NCBI RefSeq assembly: GCF_036588685.1
Contig: NC_086378.1
Location: forward strand, 18,662,001-18,726,000
DNA length: 64,000 bases
Direction of reading: 5' to 3'
Source of the DNA: Mytilus trossulus
Lineage: Eukaryota
This document shows, piece after piece, positions 1 to 14,270 of this stretch. The position numbers were made by a program, and so were the translations under genes. Positions within the stretch are counted from its first letter, which is position 1, and the number at the start of each line of letters is the position of its first letter. A model generated the notes under the pieces. It ran no database searches. It had not been told where the DNA came from and saw only the letters and a list, made by a program, of their open reading frames with translations.

Positions 1-2532
1 TCAACGGAGTGTCACGTTGATGAAATGTAAACGAGAGCTATCAGAATTACATTGGAATGAGATTTTGGCGCCAACGAATGATTCGCGAGCAGATTGCGTT
101 TTCGATAGTGCTTCTTGGAAATGAGTTGAGAACACAATGAAGGCTAGAACTATAATAGAAAATCTTATATTTGTCACTAGATCGTCTTGAGGTCATTAAT
201 TTCTTGACACTCAAACAAATTGCAACTTTATTGGAAATCCACACGAGGGAGTGAAATGTACATCAAATTTACAACGAATGTGAAGTTATTACGAAATAGA
301 CGTGAAAAAGACATTTCAAAGCTACAGAAATTGGTCTCAGCGGAAAAATAGTACTTCAAAAATGTAAAACTAGAGAATCTTAACATGTCTTTAATGCAAA
401 TAAAGCAGATAAACGTTTAATTTGTTTGTTTACTTATCCTTTATATCTAAATTCATGTATATATCTAAACCTCAGTGTATCTTTTAAAACATTATGGGCT
501 GAAGTCTCAACTTTATTTACAACTTAACTACATATTTTGCATTTTAATGACAGTAACTGTTTTTCATTTCTAAAACAAACCAACTATAGCGATATATTTG
601 ATATGTTTTAATGGACATGGTTAGTATGTAATGGGAACCCGTTTATAATTCTGTTTTCAAAGCTTTATGGATTTTTAACCTAAAAATAAATCGAAAAAAA
701 GTGAAATCGAAAAGAAAAAAAACACAGTTCTTTTGAAGTTAATCCCATATGTTTGCGTACACTATCTTATATTGATATATGTATGTTAAATGTATGCCTC
801 GATTCATTCTTTTCACCTCTATGCAGTGGTCAAGCAAAAGAAAGTCCTGGGTTGCATAATATCATTAGGTGAGAAATCTTTCAGTCATCGCTTATGCTAT
901 TATACAGTCCTCGTGGTATCTTTAGTCTTGATTTTCTAAAGTTCCATTGACTTCAGTATACTGGGTTTCACATCTCCTATTTTGTAACTATTTCCTGATT
1001 AAGACTTAACAGGTTACATTCATGCGGACAATTGATTACAGATGAACCTAGATAGCGAAAGATTTATTTGTCACTTCGCTTAAAATCGTCAAGATTCCAG
1101 CACGTGTCTTAATTGAAGAACAAACAATATTGTTAAAACTCAGATATGAGATTAAGGGATAATTACATGGTAAATGAATACTGAAATTTGATGATTTCAT
1201 TGAGTTTATTTAAATTCGTTTCGTAAAATTTCATTCAAAGTTTGAGTCATAGATGACAAAAGCCTTTCAATGAAAACATGATGTAAATCTCTTCCAAGTC
1301 AAAACTCAAATTTTCTGTATTAATAAGAAAAAAATAATTAATGCTTATGCCGCCTTTATTATGAATAATTCGAAATGTGTTTAAATGTTTTGATATTTTA
1401 TTGTAAGGTTTATGAAGAACTACACATTTTATAATCTTCCCTATACATGTACAATCACCATCCAATAGTAAGTGGTATTCGTTAATAATTTTATTGGTAT
1501 AGTCTGTACTCTTTTTCAAAATAAAAAGCTTTTAAATGACTGCTATTGAGAAGGAATTAAAAACAAACAGGAAAAAAACAGAAAAAGGTGTTTAATTTCG
1601 AGATATTAGCCATTTGAAATTTGTCGGGAACTGTTTTTACTCTTGATTTTCCATATATTAAACATTGGCTCCCTTTATCTATAAACAATAAATAATGAAA
1701 AAACAAAGATTATAAAATATATTTAAAAAGGGCTTTTCAAACAATATGTAAAAACATTAGGACGAAAGTAGCGGCCAAAATTTGTATTTATAAACTAGAG
1801 AATTGCGAATATCTGACAAAAACGTAATAACAAGAATAGCCAATAATTGTTCCTTAAATAAGCAAATTATGTTATCAATGCAAAAATAAACAAATTGTCT
1901 TATTTCAGCTTCAAATTGAATTTTAACAATTGTATAAATCAATTATTCTTTTTGCACATTAAAACAGAATTAGATCAAAACGTTTTTTGAATTAATTTCC
2001 CGTCATATTCAGTATTGGACAAACCACTGTCACTACACGCGATATCAGCAATTAATCGGTTCACTGTCGCGTGGCGCCTGTCTTAATTTGACAGAAATTG
2101 CCAAGTTAATGGTAGTCCAAGTGCGAAATGTAAACCACATGCCTTTCATTGTTACGTTCTCTAATCTGAAGACACAAAAAGACAATGGAATCAAGTGGCG
2201 GGAAATTAAGCGAAAGCTTGTGTTTGTAAAAACTAAAAACCGCGTTTGGATTCACACAATCAACTACTTAGTAAACGCAACTAATGTTGTAGATAGGAGT
2301 CAGTAGAAAGCAAATAAAATAAGACCAGAACTAAAAATGTAAACTGTTCACATATGTAATATAAATATAAAATCGTTAAGAAACCATATTGCTCACTATT
2401 ATCAATAATAAAATATGCATTAAATACTAATGATTTGCCACCCAAGAATAATATACAACGTTTCAACTTTTATGTTTAAAATTTTAATGTAAATATACTC
2501 AACATAGAAACCAGACTAAAAATTTTATTTTT

Positions 2533-2576
2533 ACGCCAGACGCGCGTTTCGTCTACAAAAGACTCATCAGTGACGC
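2533..2576 (-). ncRNA. Minimal type I hammerhead ribozyme with intact core, inside a retrozyme fragment (~2498-2630)
   Basis: Minus strand reads GCGUCA CUGAUGA GUC UUUUGUA GAC GAAA CGCGC GUC/UGGCGU: stem I, CUGAUGA, stem II, GAAA, palindromic stem III, GUC cleavage site. Confidence 0.85.
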
Positions 2577-3543
2577 GCTCGAATAAAAAAATGTTAAACA
2601 GGCCAAATAAAGTACGAAGTTGAAGAGCGCTTTAAGAATTTTTTTGGTCCATATATTATTTGTTCTGAATAAGTCTTTTTTTTTTTTAAAAAGATCACCA
2701 TGCTACAGAATCACTGAGGTCATCAACAGAAATGAGAAGAGGAAGATGTATACCAAAATGAACTGGCGAGACAAATATTATAGCGTAAGATATGGGAAAT
2801 GTACGAAGCCATCTCGTAATGAGGGCACTAAAGCAGAAAATTGGTGTAACACTTCATCAAAGACTGTTCACTCTTTGATTAATTGAAATCTAATTGTTTT
2901 TATCTGTATTGTTAATGTTATCACTATGGATTAGCAACAAAAGTAGTGTCTGGCGCCTAATAAAATGGAACAGATCTACAAAAAAAAAACACTTAATCCC
3001 TCCAAAATGTTGGTAAAAACTAACACTTAAAAATTTGAAATGTTTTTACTAGTTCAAGTTTGTTACTCATGTTGACAATGTTCACGTCAGCTATTTATGT
3101 GTGTTCTGATCTAGTACCATCTACATGTATTTTGTGTTCTATCCATGTATGTGTACTGAATAGTAAGTTTCTGTGGTCAACGTACATTCTGGTCTGATCA
3201 TGTGTATCAGATTCTCAACAACAACAAAAAAAAAACAACATTGTAGGTTCTTAACTAACTATTCAAGTTTTAGCAAAAGGTACACTAGTGCTATACATTT
3301 TTGCCAATTATATACCATCAAGTACTCTGATTTGGTATTGTTACGATTTTAAAGCTTATCTATAAAAAGTATTTTTTAAATATTAGCGAAACCGTTAATT
3401 TTAAAAGATTTAATGTGAAACATGAATTAAGAAGACCAGTACGTTGTTTAATATTAAAAAAAAATCCCCAAACTTTGACTGGGGAATAGAAATATGGCCA
3501 CTAAATTTCTTCCTGCGACCGGCAAAAAAACCTTTGTCGATAT

Positions 3544-3867
3544 GGGGAGTCCCTTTGGCTGTGTTTGCTGTACAAGTACGCAGACGATCCGAATGGGAAT
3601 GTTAAATCTATTGCATATAGTGTATAGAGAGTGCCAAGCTCGCTGTAGGTCATGAACATAAGCAACAACTGTTTGAGAGTCAGTAAATGGTCTGTTCAGA
3701 GAAATAATTTCTGTCCATAACCAATTTACACTTATTTTCCAGTGGTAGTCTAAATTCGACCTTCATTCATAAAAATGGACACTGCGCATAAACAAAAATG
3801 CCGAACCCGTGTTTGGGATTTTCTTACGTGACGAAGACCTAATAGTAGCCTTGGGCTGTTTGGTCGT
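3544..3867 (+). mobile_element. Degenerate SINE body (Deu/Nin-domain-like)
   Basis: GC-richer block with ...GTTAAATC...GAGAGTGCCA.GCTC...GCAACAACT...AATTTCTGTCC; its 3' part (ACGTGACGAAGACCTAATAGTAGCCTTGGGCTG) resembles the tail at 59797-59830. Confidence 0.5.
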
Positions 3868-6047
3868 TTTTTTGTCCCTTTGCTACACTCCCCATTACCA
3901 TTCTACTTTTTATGTAAGAAAATATATATTCAGAGGTGCAATATACACTTAGTTTCATTACCAATAACAATCTCAGTGAAAGTTGCATGTAGCAATTCAT
4001 TTTTTTTTTGGTTAATAAAGATTTTATATCCCAAACACGCAGTAGATAATACACTACATTCATATTGTCCGTCAGTGAATTTAGTAACATCTTACTCCGC
4101 TACGGTAATATGAGTTTATATGATTTGTTTTGTGAACTTATCAATAATCATTATAGCTGTACTATTTAGCGATTTTCTGAAATGACGGGTAGTCACTTAA
4201 TGTTTGACGATACTTTGAATTTTCATTAAACCTACTGAGCATAGAAAAACGAAAATGGGATATAAAACGTACGATGTAGCGAGAATCAAGCGTACACAAA
4301 AACTCAATGAGATCTCAAGTCAAAGTCGGTTGAAACATCGTCGTCGTAATTGTCTCCATGAACATTTCTAAAAGGTAATAGGTAAAAGGTAAGGTTTGAC
4401 AATTTAGGGTGGTCTTAAAAAGATCAAATAAGAGACCCTTCCTAAAAACAAATGATTATAAAATCAGCACAAAATAATGGCGTTAAAGGCATAACATTTG
4501 GTAAACGAATTTAGACTTGGTGTAAATGAAGCATAATTTGCTAACAGAAATTTCACAGGAATACAATTTTTCAAAGTTTAACATTCAATTTTTGCTTAAA
4601 AAAAATCAAAACAATAGTTTGGATAATCATTTTTTAACTTGTGTCAAGGGTTGCTGTCTCGGTGAAGTTTACCCCACATATATTTTATCTTATAACTAAA
4701 CTTTAAAACTTCTTTAGTTAACGTTTATACGTATATATTTGCAAATTAAAAAATCAAATAGACATATGAGTCAAATTAACCTTAAAGGTTAAACACCATA
4801 ACAAGGTATCACATAAAAGAATTTGTATTTAGGTGATATCGCGCAAATTATCCTACATGATAAGACGAGACAAAACATCTAAGATGGTTAGATTTTTATC
4901 ATTTTGATTAACTCTATCCTTGAATCTATTAGATGGTACAAGATTGTATATTGAGAATAACACGTCAGGTGCTAAAATCAACAAGATAACAACCAACTTG
5001 GGAAACGAAAGAAAGACATACAGGTGCCCCGAATGACATTTTGTTAATAAAAAAAAATGTACTTGCAATATCTTAGCAGACAAAAAGAAATTTTGAAATG
5101 AATACGAACAGAAATGTCAGAAACTACATCAACACATGTCTGCAACTACTTCAGAAAAAAAACCTGTCGGAATATTGTCCGCACACTAAAATGAAAGCAG
5201 TTTTTCTATGAATTATTTGAAAATATTTAGAGTGTAAAAAATATTTATATATAGGAAAGGCAAAGTGTGGAGACATCAATGCTAAATTATTGATGTACGA
5301 AGAGTGTAACACATAAGCAACTGTTTTAATTCATTACTCATTCAAAGATAAAGTTATTAAACTATTAATTTATGAATATATTCTTTTGTTTCGTCGTTGG
5401 GATCGCTGTGTGCCAAAGTATAGTTTATACCGCACAACACGTTTTCTGATAAGGTCCATTCAATTTCTTTCATAGGCAATTGATTTCTGCTATCGATCAA
5501 ATTCGGTTTCTACACAAACTGTAGGAAGCAATAAATAAGATCCCGAACGAAAGTGTTGCTTGGGGCGAATTATTCTCTTCAATAGAGTCACTATCATATT
5601 ATAAATGACGTTTATGAAATATTTTTGTTAATAGATGACACCAAATATATCACCATTGTTCCTCTCATTTCTTTGTTTTAATACATTATCGAATGGGACT
5701 TATTTATATAACAGGATTTGTATTGTCGTTAGCAACACGACGGGTAACACTAAGAGAGAAAGAACTACTACCCTGCCGGAGCAAATGGTTTCAACTCAGT
5801 TAATAAATTTTTGATGTTTTAGTTAACTTATTAAATGTGCTCATCGAGCAATATTTATGTTTGATCGTTGATATTTGTATAATGCTGTTCTTACACCTAA
5901 GCATGTCACTTAAAAGACGCAAAGTAAAAGACGGCCTAAATCATGTAACTTGTTCCATTGTTTCGTATCAAGTTAAAGACTTGTGCAAATTCAAGAAGAG
6001 GGTAAACAATTTCTTTTCAAACACACTTGAATACCGAATAAGACTAT

Positions 6048-6527
6048 TTGCCGGATTTGTTATTACATGAGCAACACGTTGGGTGCCACATGTGGAGCCG
6101 GATCTGCTTACCATTCCGGAGCACCTGAGATCACCCCTAGTTTTTGGTGGGGTTCGTGTTGCTTATTCTTTAGTTTTCGATGTTGCGTCATGTGTATTAT
6201 TGTTTGTCTGGGGTTTTTTTCCTTCTTCATTTTTAGCCATGGCGTTGTCAGTTTATTTTCAATTCATGAGTTCGACTGTCTCTCTTGTATCTTTCGTCCC
6301 TCTTTTTGAATAACATGAGCAACACGACGGGTTATGCTTACCCTGAGATCATCCCCAGTTTTTGGTGGGTTTCGTGTTGCTTATTCTTCAGTTTTCTATG
6401 TTGTGTCTTGTGTATTATTGTTTGTCTAGCTTGTGTTTGTCTTTTCCTTTTTTTAGCCATTGTGTTGTCAGTTTATATTCGATCTATGATTTTGAATGTC
6501 CCTCTGGTATCTTTAGTCCCTGCTTTT
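6048..6527. repeat. Interspersed repeat family A, two head-to-tail copies
   Basis: ACATGAGCAACACG...GCTTACC...CTGAGATCA.CCC.AGTTTTTGGTGG.TTCGTGTTGC...TTTAGCCAT.G.GTTGTCAG...GTATCTTT.GTCCC is repeated. Other copies at ~5713-5785, 11153-11304 (inverted), 16700-16790, 17960-18075, 18372-18637 (inverted). Confidence 0.85.
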
Positions 6528-9119
6528 CAATAATACATATGAATGCAAAACGATGGTTGAAATGTTGCTGCATAGCAGGACAGGCCGGTTCATTTATGTG
6601 CATGTGTTAACAATATTATTGAAGAATTTCCTCGTTCGGATATGACATTTGGTTATTAGTTATGATAGAAATACATTAGAAAAAAAGCGATGGCAAACAT
6701 TTTTCACATGCTTTTAAACCATGCAAAAAGAAAAATGATATTTGAAAATAGCAACAACATAAAAAACATAACATGTAACATGACTGAAACATAGAAAACA
6801 AAAGGAAATGGTTATTTTAAGAAGTATATCTCGTCCAAATATGATGCAGTCTTGGTAACTCTAAAACAAAACAGATAAGTACTCGATGCCATAACACATT
6901 ATCAAATTTAATCGATCAAAAGAGGTGTTATCTCGCAAAAATATCCTTTAGATAAGATAAACAAAAGATACTAAATTATTTTAATTTATTTCGATTATCT
7001 TAAAATCTTGTGATAATGAATAAAAACATTATGAGCATAGCACATTCTGGTGTTAAAATAAAAGAATGAAACACATCTTTGTGATGGTTACACTCCTGGA
7101 TAGCTTCGGTATCTGCCAAATTATTACTTCTTCGGAAACTCATCGGAGCAGAATAAGAACCACAAAGACACAACGAGAAGCCGCGACCCATAATAGTAAG
7201 GAACTTTATTATATACCTCATGTAAGTTGCAGTATTTTAAAATCAGTATTGTACATCAATCAGTATATGGTATATAGATATACTTTAAGCTTATCATTCG
7301 TGACACACGTTCGGTTTTGTATCAACGAGCTATCGTGGCTATCTTATCTAAAACGTCCCCTTAATGTCAAATTGCTCATAAAAGATTCTTTATAATATCA
7401 AATTAATTCTTCTGATATCGAATTCGATCATTATCGAATTTAAATCGAACATGCAATCAAGGAATTTTTATCTATACATAAGAATGCCATAAGTCAAAGG
7501 TCACAACCTTTGAATTAATAGATAGTGCTATGATACGCGTGGAATTATAGTTTACCTTTATTTTACCTGAATGATTCATTGATTGCATTGATAATCATCT
7601 TATCATTAAAGAATAATTATGTTACTAGTTTGATATCTTTTAGAATGACATCTGTAAATGAGTAAAGGACAGATTCAAGTTAAAGACTAAAGGAAAGATT
7701 TCTAAAGCGCAATGTACATCTGGGTTGTGATGACTAACCAAAAGTTGCTTTTAATTGTTGAAAACTGTCTTGACAAGTTTGGTTTGATGCTTTAACATTT
7801 ATTTATTTATTTGTTGACGTTCAAGCCGTTGTATTAGTCATATAGTACCATGTGTGTGAAGTAACTTATACAAAACTGTAAACAATTTAAAAAAAAAAAG
7901 ACTTTGCAGGTCTGATTAACTTTTAAAGCGAGATAAACAGAATTTATGATTAATAACGCACGACAAAGAGGTTTATATTAAGACGATTTTTCGTTAATTT
8001 CTGTGGAAGGATTCTTAAAAACTTTCAAATTGTTTTCAAAAAGTTGTTGTCGGTATGGTATTACGAACTATATAGACTAAAAAATACTATGTCCCTCAAT
8101 ATAGTGGTTGTTTCTCGCTTAAAACGTTTGGACGTTAATTGCTGTTAACACATGTATCACCCTATTACTATTTTTCTCTTTTTTTAAATAAACCTTAAAA
8201 ACGGAGAGAAAAAATATGTTGTTTTATTGAGAGATCGAAGATACATTTACTGTCATAAAAAATTCAAGAAATTTTCTTTTGAATTTTATTTCTGCCAATT
8301 TTAATTAGCCAATGTATTGTTTTAAAAAAAACATGAGAATTAAAAATTTAATAGATTTATGGCACCCACCTGTTTAAATATTAGTTATATCCAGGAAAAG
8401 AATCATTTTAAAATTACATTTTTTGCTAAAAATGCAATTAACTTTGAATTATTCACTAACCCGGAAGTGAATTGTGGAATGTAGTTTAAATGACCGTTAA
8501 AATAAAAATAAAAATGTTATGTAACATACGATAAAAACAACCTTTTAATGAAAGCTGAACAATTTTAACAATATTTATCATTATTTGTAATAATTTATAA
8601 TTCGCAATAGTTTTTCAAGTTCAAGTTCAAATTCTTTATTGTTATCTCTCAGACACATATAGTGTTACAAGAGGAATTCAGTCGTATATTCAAATGGAAG
8701 TGGCAGCTACACTATACAAATGCATATCATCGAATTAATTATGAGCAATACAGCTACTTACAATATTTTTTTTACATTCCTCAAAATAAAGCTATATGTA
8801 TATTCTTTAACACCTTTATATTACATAAATGAGACTAGTCCATATATTTTATATACAGATGGATAACGTGTATAATATGTTGGAATGCACATAATTTGTG
8901 AGAGATATAACTTTAACATGATTGCATACAAAAAAGTAGTGGTATTCAGTATCTATCTCATTCAAGTAAGTAACACAAATGACAAATACCCTTTTTACAT
9001 TGGTGTACCAACCCACTACCTGCTTCAACAGAAAATTCGATATTTGAACATTTTGTTTTTTAATTTGAGAAACGATCTTAAATCTATAGTGCCACAGTGA
9101 CCCGGACACAAAGTGAAAC

Positions 9120-9377
9120 GGGGGTCTTGGTGGCCGAGTGGTCGAAGTAGTTACTACTGTAATCACTAGCTAGTCAGCACTGAGGTTTTGAGTGCGAACA
9201 CCGCTCTTCCGGGTGCACTCAACTCTTTATTAACTAGGATTGTCAGTATCGAAAGTTGGTGGTTTTCTCCGGCGTCCTGGCGTCCTCCACCATAAAAAAC
9301 ATGCCGCCACGAAATTGTCTAAATGCGTTGCTTAAAACAAAGTGGCGTTTAAACACCAAAAATCAAAATCAAATCAA
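9120..9377 (+). mobile_element. tRNA-derived SINE (V-domain-like core)
   Basis: GGGGG start; A box TGGCCGAGTGG; degenerate B box GAGTGCGAACACC; core GTGGTTTTCTCCGG...CCTCCACCA; (AAATC)n tail. Confidence 0.75.
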
Positions 9378-11152
9378 GCAATGTGACGAAGGATGTTACA
9401 TGTAAGTTGCGCATATAATTGTTTAATCCGTGCACTTCATTTAAACTGTGGTGAATACTTGTCTCATACGCCGTCATTCCGCATGTTTCAATTTGATATT
9501 AGTTTACATATTTGCTAAAAAAATCAAAAAAATATAATTAAAGTATGTAGCAAAACTTGCTTTTATTATATTTATGCATTATTAAGACCATACTACACAT
9601 ATTGTGCGCACTGTAATCGGGATCATACATTAATGTTTGAGAATTGCCAGGTTATTGAATCGGAATCAAATAGTTACAAAAGTAAACACAAACATATTTG
9701 ATAAACTAGTAAGGCATTTTGAGAGAGAAATGTGTAAATCGGCTAATAAATGTATTATTCCAAATATCTTTTCATCGAAATTTATATAACTGACTGTTTA
9801 TACTATTGTATTCTAGGCAAATGACACTCTTGGTTCCTTTAACTGGACAGTAATTGCATGGTTCTAATAAATACTTATAATATATAATGGAAATGTTTAT
9901 CTGCATATGTTTATAATACTTACTTTACAAAATCATTTACCGGAAAACTTATACTTATTACACGTTCTGTACATCATGTTTTAACTTTTCTAACATTTCA
10001 TTTATATTCTATAAAATATCTATTCATCTTAGAAATAATCGTTAATTATTTTTATGGCTTGGTATCAAAAAACGAACTTCAGGATACAATAACGATATAA
10101 TTATCGCTTTAAAAACGTCGACATCTTTGTTACAAATGTAGCGATATAATATTTCACAAGTTAACATCCTCCTAAATACATGACAAATTACCTTCTTCAG
10201 GTGTGGGGGTATGAATATAGTTGTTAATCGGTTTTCATCCTTCTTCATTTTCATTGAATGTGTCTGTTTTACGATAGTTAAACATATTTTTTTATGTGAT
10301 TTTGAAATCTAGATCCCCAATAATGTTATATTTATGAGTTTTATTCCCCATGGTTGTTTAAATATGTTAGAATGAGTAGGCGAAATAAACAGGCCTTCAG
10401 ATGTTGGTTATATGTTTCAGATTTATTATAACTCTTTTCTTTTGTAAAAAAGCGGAAAAAGGATTATCGCTATTTGTCATTTCAAGTGAACACATCTTAC
10501 TACTATTTAAAAGATTAATGATTGACTCGATTACCCGATAGATATTGGCTAAAACAGTACCAAAAAAAAAAAGAGTTTCGTCGTCACGAAAATTCTCCAT
10601 TCGAAATAAAACAAAGCTAAATTGGGAACCAAATTTTTATTAGATAGGGATTCAAGGCAGTTTATCCTTGAAACGTGGCGATTCAATCTAAACCCTAGTT
10701 GAATTTTTCGGAAATAAAAAAATAGCCAGAGAAAGCGGTTCAAACTCTTACCTCGACTGGAACTGTCATTGTGACACAGACTAAACAAACGTGTAAATGT
10801 CTACAGATTGTTTCCATAGTTTATTCACCGATACACATATGTAACTAACATAGTATGTTGAATGAAAGTAGAAAGACAATATTCCTAATAGCCCCGTATC
10901 TCCGTTTTCTTTTTATATTGAACTGTTTTCAATGAATGACATAGCATATTAAAAAACAAGGACCAATACAAAGTGTTACCTCATTTGTGTCACAGATGTG
11001 GACGCTATACCACTAAATGATTCACGTGTTTCAGATATAAAATGATACTTTTCTTTCTTCTTAACTTTGAATTTTATCAGTTTAATACAAAAAGTAAAAG
11101 GAATGCTAAACCCCTATACATGGAGTATGTTACACATGTTGTTTCTTTTATA

Positions 11153-11304
11153 AAAGAGGGACGAAAGAAACCAAAGGGTCAGTCAAACTCATAAATCTAA
11201 AACAAACTGACAACGCCATGGCTAAAAATGAAAAAGACAAACAGAAAAAACAATAGTACACATGACACAACATAGAAACCCAAAGAATAAACAACACGAA
11301 CCCC
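11153..11304. repeat. Family A copy, opposite orientation
   Basis: AAGAGGGACGAAAGA...CTGACAACGCCATGGCTAAAAATGAA...CAACACGAACCCC is the reverse complement of 6148-6305. Confidence 0.85.
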
Positions 11305-13822
11305 ATAACAGTCATAAGAACGGAGGATAGCAGTATTAGGGTTCATTTCTCATAGAATTGTTATTTCTTTGCTATGTTGTGTTTGTTTTTGATAATGTTT
11401 TTTTGTCACAAACTACTGTATGTTTTGGTGGCAATAACGATAGTAAGACCATTTTGGTTATACATAAATTGTTAAAATTTGAAAGTGTATAATTATTATT
11501 TTGACTGTATAATTGAAATAGAATGATCAGCATTTATCTCAATTTCTTAACTTTTCGGTAAGAAACCACAAAGTGTGTGCTTTTGATTTTGCCATTTGAT
11601 AATTAGGGACTTTCCGTTTGAATTTTCCTTCCAGTTCAGAATTTTTGTGATTTCACTTTTCAGTAAAAGAATTTTGGATTAATCTTCATCATACATAATA
11701 TTGAAGAAAAGCTTTCTACATAAGTTTCATTAATCTGTTATATATTTTAGGATAATTAAACAGTGTATTAACTGATCAAAAATATTTTGATTCTACCAAA
11801 TTGAATTTGATCCTACTTAATATGAAAAAGGAGATGATTTTAGTGAAAACTTCAGCAGAGTTTTTTCAAACAATAACATTTCATAACTTTTATAATACCT
11901 TAGATTAACACCTGCAATTTGAAATAATTGATTGACTCTCTGTCATGTAATGCCATAATACATGACTGATTGCGTCGCTTATCATCAATGCACGTAACCA
12001 AATTTCCCATCTGCACTAAGACCACACATTTCAATAAGATATATTTTACTCATTTTGCTCGATGGTCTTTTATATCACCACGATACATGCATGTAAATCA
12101 CTTTTTGTGTTAATATCATTGAAGTCTTATTTTGTATTTGCCTTTTATTCAGAATAATATAAAAATTGCAACCTTCAAATAATTTGCCCTCTTTACATTT
12201 CTTATCAGGTATATGTACTCAAACATATCTTAATTTTTAATAATTTTTTTAGTCAATTTCAATCCTGGTCTCTATGATGAGTTTATGTGCATTAATATCA
12301 ATTTAGTATCTTTTTATTTCCCCCTAAATTACATAAAAGTTAATACCACAAACAAATTAACATTTAGTTTTCTACAGAAAAAAGATAACAATAATTTACT
12401 ATAGTTGAGTTGACCACTTCCTAATTCGACAAATGATTCTCGATTGCCCATTTCCCAATGAAATCATAAAAGCGTCGGACATCATATGTTTTACAAGGTT
12501 TTGTGTTATATTTATTGTGTATCAAATTATCTGGTTTTGGATCGTATTGCTTTATATAACGAATTTTCTGATTGGTACTTTTTGCAGCCAGTATCTTTAA
12601 AGGGGCGGTAACATATGGTATTTATCACAAGTTTTTGATCTGTGGTAAAATAACATATTATAATTTGTTTAAAATTTAACCGATTTGAACTTATATATAA
12701 AAAAAGATTATTTTACGATATTATATTACACAATGATCAGTATTACTGATGAATGTTAAATCGTTTTTTATAACAACATGTTACAAATATTAAGGACATT
12801 GAACTAAATTAGTGTGTAAGCTAAAACTTATCTATGAAGCATATCTTTGAATAAAACTTATTCATTTTCAAAGTATGGATTTGAAATCATATAGTTTATA
12901 TTTTAATTTTTTGATATTTTTTATAACCAAGAAATAGTAAATATGATCGTTTTCGCTGTGTTTTTTAAATAACAAAAGAAGAAAAAAAAAATGAATTAGA
13001 AGTGAGAAGATTGTCATCGATGCACATACCCCACCCACTCCACCCCACCCCATCCCCAACCCCCACATATTTTGATTAATAAACTGAAAAATAATAATTA
13101 TTTATTAAATTTCAGAAATAGAGCTTTCACTGCAGTTTATAATATTAATTTGACAATTTGTTTATTTTAAATAAATATGATATAAAGCGTTTTAACAAAC
13201 TAAGAATTATGAAAAAATAGCTTGTAATTTATTACAAACATACACATCAGATAACGAAAAAAGAAAAGCTTATTCTGGACTTGAAGATTCACTGAGATAG
13301 TGATACAAATTTTAGTAGTTCACATTTGATCTATGATAAATAAATTTTAACGAATATCTTCAATTTATGTAATCGACCGTCTAATTATGTATCATTTACC
13401 ACAAAGCCTGCGTCATCTTTAGCAGACTTTTATCGTCAAGCCGCCATCTTATCGTTGCCAAGTATGGTTCCGCTTCCGGAAATTCATTTGGGAAAAGTAA
13501 TGATGTTGATATGCCTTGTTAGCAAGCTACGGGTTTCTGAAATGCCAAAATATGATCAGATACGTACTAATCCAAATTGCTCATTTGTGTAATATCAGTG
13601 AAATAAAAGTTTAAGAGTTCTTACTGATTACATTTTACCGCAAATGTCGAAGAAAGGTTACAATATCGCAATAAGACTTTCGTACAATATAACACATTAT
13701 GTTACCAAGTACGATATCATATTGAAAAGAATTAGCAGTGAGTATCTAAGTCTACTGTATCCTTTAATTGTGCATTGCTTTTTTTTCTGTATCAAAATCG
13801 TTGTATTGAAACAAATGAATTA

Positions 13823-14270
13823 TGTGCATTTTAGCATTTTATCGAAACGAAGATCGACGCGACTTTAAAGGATATTACCATTATACATTTTTAATTATAT
13901 AATATTTGTTTGTCCATTTTAAAATGTAACTACGAAAATAAAATAATTTCCGTTTACGACATAAATGTTTTTCTAAAGTAATAAGTAACACGAATCAGTA
14001 TTCTGTGATGTATATTAATTGTAAAATGTATTAGCATACTAGGTAATGTGCATTTTAGCATTTTATCGAAACGAAGATCGACGCGACTTTAAAGGATATT
14101 ACCATTATACATTTTTAATTATATAATATTTGTTTGTCCATTTTAAAATGTAACTACGAAAATAAAATAATTTCCGTTTACGACATAAATGTTTTTCTAA
14201 AGTAATAAGTAACACGAATCAGTATTCTGTGATGTATATTAATTGTAAAATGTATTAGCATACTAGGTAA
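13823..14270. repeat. Perfect 224-bp tandem duplication
   Basis: 13823-14046 is repeated at 14047-14270 (TGTGCATTTTAGC...TACTAGGTAA) with no mismatch seen. Confidence 0.95.

Noticed and set aside
6067-6610. Overlapping Cys/Phe-rich 'membrane protein' ORFs (also 18052-18292)
   Set aside because: They lie within interspersed repeat families A and C; T/G-rich composition explains the hydrophobic translations.
7000-7395. Overlapping ORFs of 73 and 109 aa in a GC-richer patch
   Set aside because: No recognisable motifs or consistent splice structure.
9120-9210. tRNA gene
   Set aside because: A and B boxes are present but there is no proper cloverleaf, and it continues into a SINE core and tail.
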